Of a stretch of DNA of 32,678 bases, positions 26,194 through 32,678 are shown piece after piece. Within the stretch, counting starts at the first letter, position 1, and every line of letters begins with the position of its first letter. Source of the stretch: an uncultured Nitrososphaerota archaeon (GTDB taxonomy: Archaea > Thermoproteota > EX4484-205 > JAAOZP01); assembly GCA_964416155.1 (NCBI GenBank), contig CAYQCW010000016.1, forward strand, positions 1 to 32,678. Direction: 5' to 3'. The notes beneath the pieces were generated by a model. That model did no database searches. It had not been told where the DNA came from and was given only the letters and a program-made list of their open reading frames with translations. The translations under genes and the position numbers were made by a program.

Positions 26194-27108
26194 TTACACG
26201 TTCCTAGATACCTGAAAAGAAGCACGGCGGAGCCTCGGCTCAACCACTTTCTTTACAATTACGTGGAGAACTATGTCTACGACTACCCATGATGCGACGC
26301 CCGTAAATCCGAGCCCTAACACTATTTCTCCAAGCTCTCTAGGTAGCCTTGTTGTAAACACGGTTAATCCCCATAAGGCATTTATTGCCCCGTGGAGCGA
26401 TGAAGCCGGTAGAACACTTCCCTTTGCTCTATCTGTTAACAGGATATGAGGATACGTGAGGAGAACTGTGAGTGCTGTGAACAGCATCACTCCAGTCAAC
26501 CTATTGAACTGGTAGTTGTATCCCAGTAGGACTATTGTTGACGCGTGCCATAGCCCCCATATGGCTCCCATGGCTAGGATGGTTGCGATTGTTGGCCTAG
26601 AGCCGAGGAGATCATAGAGATAGCCTCTCCACCCGATTTCTTCACCCAAGGCAAATAAGGCGTTGATTGTTATCGCGACTATATACGTCGAGGCTATCTG
26701 GGTGTAAGCCGTGATCTCGGCTAAGCGTATTGCCTGCTCTTCAGCCAGATTAGAGGCTTCCGCAATCTCTTTAGCTAACAGCTCGATGTAGGCAGAGAAA
26801 TCGAAGAAGCTGAGAGAAAGGGTTAGAATTATATAGATACCTAGAGCCACGTAGACTATGAGGGGCGACACCAAGTAGAGCTTGAGCATTCTGGTCGAGA
26901 GCCCTACGTACTTCTTAAGCGACGGAGAGACGCTCTCCCTGAATATGGCTAAACACAAAACAGCAGACAGTGTGGGGCTCCACATCCTGATGAAACCCCA
27001 TGAGATTAACGGTAACCATCCATATAGGGCTGCAATATCCGCGAACAACGCGGCGGAATATGATAATGCGATGAAAACAACGATCTTTTTCCTAAACCCA
27101 CCTCTCAA
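26194..27108 (-). CDS. CPBP (CAAX protease type II / Abi) intramembrane glutamic protease
   Basis: GEEIGWRGYL, WGLWH, HGAIN motifs; multi-TM. Confidence 0.92.
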   Translation of the reverse strand: MRGGFRKKIVVFIALSYSAALFADIAALYGWLPLISWGFIRMWSPTLSAVLCLAIFRESVSPSLKKYVGLSTRMLKLYLVSPLIVYVALGIYIILTLSLSFFDFSAYIELLAKEIAEASNLAEEQAIRLAEITAYTQIASTYIVAITINALFALGEEIGWRGYLYDLLGSRPTIATILAMGAIWGLWHASTIVLLGYNYQFNRLTGVMLFTALTVLLTYPHILLTDRAKGSVLPASSLHGAINALWGLTVFTTRLPRELGEIVLGLGFTGVASWVVVDIVLHVIVKKVVEPRLRRASFQVSRNV

Positions 27109-27263
27109 GCGGCAACCTCCCGTATGGCTTACACTGCTATCTACGTCTTTCCGTCAGTATAATAAGTTTCTACTTTCTAGAAAAATGCTTAAAATTACCG
27201 AGCGTTCAACTCGTAAAATCGCGACACATATATTGGAGAGAATGTCTTGACCAGGATTTCGAG

Positions 27264-27347
27264 CGCCGGGGAAGGGATTCGAACCCCTGCGGCCCGCATG
27301 GGCCACTGGCTCTCAAGGCCAGCGCATTACCGCTCTGCCACCCCGGC
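27264..27347 (-). tRNA. tRNA-Ser (anticodon UGA), intronless
   Basis: Acceptor GCCGGGG/CCCCGGC + G73; anticodon stem CTGGC/GCCAG, loop CT-TGA-GA; long variable arm GGCCC-ATGC-GGGCC; T loop TTCGAAT. Confidence 0.96.
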
Positions 27348-27469
27348 CCGGTAGAGGCATTCTCTTACCTTGCTTTTTATGTTTTCCGCCAATAGTTAGT
27401 CGGCTTCCTAACAAGCGTTATTACGGTGAACCCGGGGCTTAGAAGGTGCTCACAACCATAATCGATCAA

Positions 27470-28087
27470 CTATAAGCTAGGATTCTCCACCGCCTTTCTC
27501 ATCTTCCTTAGCTCTTCTAACATTTCTAGGAATATGTCGGGAACCATAACTCCGGGTGCACTGAAAAGGGGTCTTCCCCTCACGATTCCGATTATCGTGT
27601 CCCTTATCTCCACGAAGTTCGGAACCCCCCAGATACAAGCCTCGGCACCCCTGGTTCCAGGACCAGCGGTTCCACCAGCTGGTCCAGTATAGCCAGCCGT
27701 ATGCACATGAACAGAGCCGATGCCGAAGCGTCTTGAAACCGGTCCCTGAACGATGTCGACCGACATTACGCGTGAATACGGAACCACATGCTTCATTCTC
27801 CACCAGACGCCCCTGTCCACCACCACCTCGTCTTTCTCAAGAACATAAGTAATAGAGTCATAGTACTTGGGAATCCAGTAGACTATGAAGCCAATGATTA
27901 TGAGCACCGCGATTAAGGGTATGAAAACGTATGCTCCAGCCTCACTCCACACTTCTGGAGCGAAAGCAAACACAGCCCAGATCGGTAAGACTGTAGAGAC
28001 AAGCAGGGGAATAGCCGCAAGCAAAAGGTAAACTCCGTAAACTTTCTTCAAATTCGGATGGGGTTTAAACTTTTCACCGATTTTCAA
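27470..28087 (-). CDS. Membrane protein with bacterial PH domain (YdbS/bPH_2-like)
   Basis: Two TM helices then RGVWW...VPYSRV..VDIVQGP..RRFGIGSVHVHTAG. Confidence 0.88.
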   Translation of the reverse strand: MKIGEKFKPHPNLKKVYGVYLLLAAIPLLVSTVLPIWAVFAFAPEVWSEAGAYVFIPLIAVLIIIGFIVYWIPKYYDSITYVLEKDEVVVDRGVWWRMKHVVPYSRVMSVDIVQGPVSRRFGIGSVHVHTAGYTGPAGGTAGPGTRGAEACIWGVPNFVEIRDTIIGIVRGRPLFSAPGVMVPDIFLEMLEELRKMRKAVENPSL

Positions 28088-28186
28088 CCCTCCCCCTGTC
28101 TATGTGAAACCCGGATTCTATTAAGCTTTTTCCACCGGGTAACGTTTAAAAGCTGTTTTAAAGCTGTTCCTTCAACGTGGTAATTA

Positions 28187-28588
28187 TTGTCTGAAGACAA
28201 GGAGCTGGAGCGGATCCTGGAGGAGAAGAGGAAACGCCTGTTGAACAGGCTTGCCAAGGGCAGTGAGAAGAGTGAGAAGGCCACTTCTCAGAGAGCGGTT
28301 GACGATGTTGACAGGACTGTTTTAAGCCTCCTGGATGAGAAGGGGAGGGAGATATTGTCGCTCGCCGAGCAGGATTTCCCTGAGGAAACAAGGAGGGCTA
28401 AGCTCCTGCTCTACGCGCTTGTTAAGAAGGGCTATGTGAACGGGCCTGTTGACGCTGGGGACCTCTACAGGTTTCTGAGATACCTGGGGATCCCGGTTAG
28501 GTACGAGTCCCGCATAGTTGTCGCAGACAGGAAGGAGAGGAAGCCTCTTTCAGAAATCCTTTCAGAGAGAATGTCTGAGCTTGAATAG
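28187..28588 (+). CDS. PDCD5-related double-stranded DNA-binding protein
   Basis: N-terminal DKELERI..KR helix; L..KGREIL..A...FPE; G.V.GPVD.G.L...L...G..VR pattern as in thaumarchaeal-type homologs. Confidence 0.65.
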   Translation: MSEDKELERILEEKRKRLLNRLAKGSEKSEKATSQRAVDDVDRTVLSLLDEKGREILSLAEQDFPEETRRAKLLLYALVKKGYVNGPVDAGDLYRFLRYLGIPVRYESRIVVADRKERKPLSEILSERMSELE

Positions 28589-28638
28589 GTCTCAGAAACC
28601 CATAATAGGCTGGGGGCAGTACGCCTCATTGAGGAGGA

Positions 28639-29496
28639 TTGCAGGTTTCAATACTGCTTCCAGCATCCGTCATAGGTGTTTCAGAGGACCTTAGGGTTAA
28701 AACCTTCAGGGCCGGCCTCGTGGGAAGGGCTGCAGCAATATTCATGGTCGACGAGATCCTAGTCTATCTTGACAGTCATGACTCTGAGTCCCTGAGGAAC
28801 CAGAGGGTTTTCTCAAATCTTCTAAACTACATGGTTGTCCCCCAGTATTTGAGGAAGCTCGTGTTCAAAAAGCAGGAGGAGCTTAGGTTCGCAGGCCTGC
28901 TTCCACCTTTGAAAATACCTTCGCACACTGTTCCAGCGTCTCTTAAACATGTTAAGCCTGGGAGCTTCAGGCTCGCCCTCGTAGTCAAGGCTGAACGCGA
29001 CAGGCTTGTCCTAGAGGCTGGGCTTGAGGAAAAACTGTTGGCATCCGCCCCGGAGTCCCCGGTTGAGGCTAGGGTCGGCAGCATTATTCTAGCAAGGGTT
29101 GAAGACCCTTCAAGGCTCTCCGCCAGCATAGTCAGCCCCCGGAAGCCGCCGTTCTACCTTGGCTACCGGGTTTCAACACCAAGAAAAACGCTTGGAGAAC
29201 TCTTGAGGAGCGTCGACGCTGTTAAAATAGGGACTTCCAAATATGGCGAGCCGGTTTGGAGGAGGCTGGACGACCTTAGGAGACTTTTCTCCGCCGGGGA
29301 AAGAGTGATGGTGGCGTTCGGCTCTCCTTCAATGGGGCTTAGGGAGCTACTGGCTAGGGAGGGGTTGAGGGTTGAAGATGTTTTCAGCATCCTCGTTAAC
29401 ACAGTGGGGGAGCAGGGTGTTGAAACGGTGCGCACTGAGGAAGCCCTCTACATAACTCTCCCCCTGATGGCTTCCCTAGCTAGAGGATACTGGTAA
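28639..29496 (+). CDS. SPOUT RNA methyltransferase (MTH1/C9orf114 family)
   Basis: GRAAAIF.VDEI, PQYLRK, AGLLPPL, FGSP..GL, QGVETVRTEEA; conserved position upstream of rpl3. Confidence 0.92.
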   Translation: MQVSILLPASVIGVSEDLRVKTFRAGLVGRAAAIFMVDEILVYLDSHDSESLRNQRVFSNLLNYMVVPQYLRKLVFKKQEELRFAGLLPPLKIPSHTVPASLKHVKPGSFRLALVVKAERDRLVLEAGLEEKLLASAPESPVEARVGSIILARVEDPSRLSASIVSPRKPPFYLGYRVSTPRKTLGELLRSVDAVKIGTSKYGEPVWRRLDDLRRLFSAGERVMVAFGSPSMGLRELLAREGLRVEDVFSILVNTVGEQGVETVRTEEALYITLPLMASLARGYW

Positions 29497-29613
29497 GAAT
29501 AGGAGTGTTTTCAAGGGAAACAGGCCTCCAACGGTTTAATCTCCCGAGGGAAAAGGTTAAAACGGGTTGCTCATTCCTTTGACAACCACGCTGGCTAAAA
29601 GGGGATTAACAAG

Positions 29614-30621
29614 ATGGGTCATAGAAAGCAATCCGCCCCGAGGCACGGTTCGCTCGCGTTCCGCCCTAGAGCACGGTTTAAAAGGCTAACCCCCCGGATA
29701 AGGTTCTGGCCTGTGGTTGAAGGCGGAGCAAGGCTTCTAGGCTTCGCCGGCTACCGGGTGGGCATGACGCACGGCTTCACAATAGACACCTCTGAATCCT
29801 CTCCCTTCAAGGGGAAAGAGGTTTTCACCCCGATTACGATTATTGAAACACCCCGGTTAAGCATCGTCGGGCTAAGGCTCTACGGGAACAGCCAACAGGG
29901 CCTCCGCGTCCTATGGGAAGGATGGGCGAAAAACCTTCCTGAGAACATTAAGAGGAGGATAGGCTCGCTGGCGAAACGTAAGGAGGCGGAGCCACGTGTC
30001 CCCGAGGGCATTGCGGAGAAGACAAGGGAGGTCAGGGTCATAGCGGCGACGCAGCCCCATCTCGCAGGACTGGGGAAGAAGACGCCCGAGGTTTTTGAAA
30101 TAGGCGTCGGCGGGGGAAGCGTGGGCGAGAGGATCAGCTACGCCATGTCCCTCTTGGGCAGAGAGGTCAATGCGAAGGATGTTCTGGAGGAGGGCGCGTA
30201 CGTTGATGTTTTCGCAGTCACCAAGGGGAAGGGGTTTCAGGGTGTTGTTAAAAGGTTCCGGGTTAAGATTCTCGACAGGAAGAGCAACAAGACGAGGAGG
30301 GGCGTAGCCACTCTTGGGCCTTGGAAGCCTGCCGGAGTAATGTACACTGTGCCGAGGCCTGGTCAAATGGGCTTCATGCAGAGGATGGTTCGAAACCTGC
30401 AGGTTCTCAAGATTGTCGAGAACCCTGGAGAGATTAACGCTGCCGGAGGGTTCCACAAGTACGGCGTTGTAAAGAGTCAAGCAGTCATTCTGAACGGGAG
30501 CATCCCGGGCACTCCTAAGAGGCTTGTGAAAATACGGGTTTCAGCCAGGAAACACGACGAGAAGCCTAAGCAGCCGCCTGTTTTAACACACGTCAACATC
30601 AGGAGGACTGTTGCAGCATGA
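29614..30621 (+). CDS. rpl3: 50S ribosomal protein L3 (uL3)
   Basis: PRHGSLAFRPR, LLGFAGY, TKGKGFQGVVKRF, PGQMGF. Confidence 0.97.
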   Translation: MGHRKQSAPRHGSLAFRPRARFKRLTPRIRFWPVVEGGARLLGFAGYRVGMTHGFTIDTSESSPFKGKEVFTPITIIETPRLSIVGLRLYGNSQQGLRVLWEGWAKNLPENIKRRIGSLAKRKEAEPRVPEGIAEKTREVRVIAATQPHLAGLGKKTPEVFEIGVGGGSVGERISYAMSLLGREVNAKDVLEEGAYVDVFAVTKGKGFQGVVKRFRVKILDRKSNKTRRGVATLGPWKPAGVMYTVPRPGQMGFMQRMVRNLQVLKIVENPGEINAAGGFHKYGVVKSQAVILNGSIPGTPKRLVKIRVSARKHDEKPKQPPVLTHVNIRRTVAA

Positions 30622-31415
30622 TGAGCCTAGAGCACGCTAAGATAAGGGTTCTGAACGAGAACGGGGAGGAGGCGGGTGAAGCCTCAATACCGGGAGTCGT
30701 CCTCCAGACTGAGGTTGAGGAACACCTTGTTAGAAGAGCCTTCTTGGCGGCACAGTCGAGAAGACTCCAGCCGCAGGGCAGGGACCTGATGGCGGGTAAG
30801 AGGACCACGGCTGAAAGCTGGGGCGTTGGCTACGGCATAGCCCGGGTCCCCAGGACTGAGAGAGGGGTCGCCAGACTCGCCCCGATGACTGTCAAAGGCA
30901 GGGTTACGCACCCGCCGCGCGTCGAGAAGAAGATAAGGAAGAAGATTAACAGGAAGGAGTATAGAAAGGCATTCGTCTCAGCACTGTCAGCAGTCTTCAA
31001 TAGGGAGGCTGTTGAAAAAAGGGGTCACAGGCCTGGTTCAGCAAACATCCCAATAGTCTTCACGAAGGAGTTTGAAAACACGTCTAAGACGCGCGAGGTT
31101 GTTACGCTTCTTGAGAAAATAGGCTTGGGACAGGAGCTTGAAAGAATCTACAGCAGGCCAAGGGTCAGGTGTGGAAAATCGAAATGGAGGGGGAGGAGGC
31201 TCAGGAGGAGAATCGGACCCCTGATAGTCGTCTCAAACCATGGGGCCAGCGTTGTTAAAGCAGCCTCAGGAATACCCGGAGTACATGTGAAAACACCGGA
31301 GAAGCTTTCAATAATGGATCTCGCACCAGGAGGAGTGCCGGGAAGGCTGACAATATGGACGCTCCCAGCCCTCGATAAGACTGTCGAAAGAGTGAGGAAG
31401 TATGTCGCAAAATAG
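30618..31415 (+). CDS. rpl4: 50S ribosomal protein L4 (uL4)
   Basis: AESWGVGYGIARVPR, HPPR, KINRKE, LAPGGVPGRLTIWT. Confidence 0.97.
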   Translation: MMSLEHAKIRVLNENGEEAGEASIPGVVLQTEVEEHLVRRAFLAAQSRRLQPQGRDLMAGKRTTAESWGVGYGIARVPRTERGVARLAPMTVKGRVTHPPRVEKKIRKKINRKEYRKAFVSALSAVFNREAVEKRGHRPGSANIPIVFTKEFENTSKTREVVTLLEKIGLGQELERIYSRPRVRCGKSKWRGRRLRRRIGPLIVVSNHGASVVKAASGIPGVHVKTPEKLSIMDLAPGGVPGRLTIWTLPALDKTVERVRKYVAK

Positions 31416-31662
31416 TATCATAGTCAGACCAGTTTCAACAGAGAAGTCCTTCAGGCTCATTGAAAGAGAGAACAAGCTGATATTCATAGTGGACCCTAAG
31501 GCCGGTAAAAACGCTGTCAAGGAGGCTGTTGAGAAGGCTTTCAAAGTTAAGGTTGAAAAAGTCAACATTATAAGAAGCATAACCGGGGAGAAGAAGGCCG
31601 TGGTTAAGCTGGCTAAAGAATACAGCGCGATGGACCTTGCAAGCAAGCTTAAAATGGTGTAG
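31402..31662 (+). CDS. rpl23: 50S ribosomal protein L23 (uL23)
   Basis: PVSTEK, ENKLIFIVD, KKAVVKL. Confidence 0.96.
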   Translation: MSQNSIIVRPVSTEKSFRLIERENKLIFIVDPKAGKNAVKEAVEKAFKVKVEKVNIIRSITGEKKAVVKLAKEYSAMDLASKLKMV

Positions 31663-31678
31663 GGAGGATGATGGTTAA

Positions 31679-32410
31679 ATGGGCAAGAGACCAATAGTAA
31701 GGAGGCGCGGAGCCTCACCAATCTTCACAGCCCCAACCCACAGAAGAGTAGCACCAGCCAAATACCCAACACTAGCAAGAGGAGAAAAACTTGAAGGAAC
31801 ACTGGTAGCACTGCACCACGACCCGGGAAGAGGAGCACCGCTCGCAGAAATCAGACTGGACAACGGGAAAGTCTTCCACACCGTGGCGGTGGAATCCATG
31901 CATGTCGGCCAAAGAGTATCGATAGGACCAGGAAGCCCGCTTGCAATAGGAAACATAATCCCGCTCGCCGAAGCGCCCGAGGGAACAATGCTCGCAAACA
32001 TTGAACGAAACCCGGCCGACGGCGGCGCGCTCTTCAGATCCTCAGGAAACTACGCAGTCATAATCGGAAAGACGAATGGAACAGTAATCCTGCAGAACCC
32101 TAAGGCGAAAACATTCATCGTAGACGCAAACTCTCTTGGAACAATCGGAGTAGCAGCGGGAGGAGGAAGAACAGAAAAACCATTCCTCAAAGCTGGAACA
32201 AAACTCAAATACATGAAAAGCAAAGGAAGACACTACCCAATAGTAAGAGGAGTAGCAATGATAAGTGTTTACCATCCCCACGGTGGGGGAAGGCATCAAA
32301 GTGTGAGTCGTTCTACTTCGGTTAGTCGCAACGCTCCTCCTGGTGCTAAGGTTGGCTTGATTGCTCCTAAGAAGACTGGCAGGAAGAAGGTTAGAAAAGT
32401 ATCTGGATAG
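31679..32410 (+). CDS. rpl2: 50S ribosomal protein L2 (uL2)
   Basis: MGKR, HDPGRGAPLA, GGGRTEKPFLKAG, VRGVAM...HPHGGG, PPGAKVGLIA. Confidence 0.97.
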   Translation: MGKRPIVRRRGASPIFTAPTHRRVAPAKYPTLARGEKLEGTLVALHHDPGRGAPLAEIRLDNGKVFHTVAVESMHVGQRVSIGPGSPLAIGNIIPLAEAPEGTMLANIERNPADGGALFRSSGNYAVIIGKTNGTVILQNPKAKTFIVDANSLGTIGVAAGGGRTEKPFLKAGTKLKYMKSKGRHYPIVRGVAMISVYHPHGGGRHQSVSRSTSVSRNAPPGAKVGLIAPKKTGRKKVRKVSG

Positions 32411-32489
32411 AGATTTTTAAACTTATATTTTTATAACTAGACTGATTCTAGCATTACCAGCGCTATTAGTAGAAAAACGAGGCATCCGC

Positions 32490-32678
32490 TCAGTTAAGGT
32501 GGTTTTTCTGGAGGTATTTTATTACGCCGAAGCCTGCTGTCCTGTTTCCTCCGACGTTGGAGTATTCCGCGAGCCTCATCAGCGCGTTCGTGAACCTTGC
32601 AAACTTTTCTGTAAACATGTCTCCTGGTATTGAGAACCTTACCGCGCCGATGAAACCCATAACCCACTTGTTCGACTT
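32490..32678 (-). CDS. cas6: 3' end of CRISPR-associated endoribonuclease Cas6 (runs in from beyond window end)
   Basis: Not in ORF track. Minus-strand translation KSNKWVMGFIGAVRFSIPGDMFTEKFARFTNALMRLAEYSNVGGNRTAGFGVIKYLQKNHLN*: GF-x-G strand, helix and terminal Gly-rich loop (hG-x5-GFG with Arg) typical of Cas6. Confidence 0.85.
   Translation of the reverse strand, partial: KSNKWVMGFIGAVRFSIPGDMFTEKFARFTNALMRLAEYSNVGGNRTAGFGVIKYLQKNHLN

Noticed and set aside
13300-27263. Integrated element at the tRNA-Ser 3' end
   Set aside because: No integrase or transposase, and I found no direct repeat of the tRNA 3' end by eye.
27264-27347. Selenocysteine or suppressor tRNA because of TGA
   Set aside because: TGA is the anticodon (reads UCA, Ser); tRNA-Sec would have anticodon TCA and a longer acceptor arm.
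763-32299. Numerous 60-205 aa ORFs antisense or out-of-frame to the assigned genes
   Set aside because: Shadow ORFs of well-supported genes, Ser/Pro/Leu/Arg-rich and without motifs.

Overview
Archaeal chromosomal window; the histone, ribosomal-protein and PDCD5-like sequences suggest a TACK-type lineage (inference). Left arm: 5' end of a Cys-rich protein, intron-containing tRNA-Glu(UUC), ileS, a decayed GH2 beta-mannosidase-like gene, a histone with atypical tetramer-interface residues, a frameshifted GNAT, archease, and a thiamine locus (thiW + unknown P-loop NTPase, thiDN, thiC). A DtxR-feoA-feoB iron operon follows. Centre (13.6-26.2 kb) is an accessory mosaic. It holds an ECF S-component + FmdE pair behind a GTATTA-N16-TAATAC (NikR-geometry) palindrome, and a truncated glycoside-hydrolase-like gene. 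It also holds an uncharacterised 7-gene GC-rich cluster: two Fe-S proteins, a rifampin-phosphotransferase-architecture dikinase, two paralogous beta-barrel-like proteins, an orphan 393-aa protein and a stand-alone phospho-histidine domain. An AT-rich OFA-type MFS transporter and fused gene remnants close this region. Right arm: CPBP protease, tRNA-Ser(UGA), PH-domain protein, PDCD5-like protein, SPOUT methyltransferase and rpl3-rpl4-rpl23-rpl2. In place of the usual rps19 lies the convergent 3' end of a cas6 gene missed by the ORF track. All family calls come from motif recognition by eye; no database search was run.
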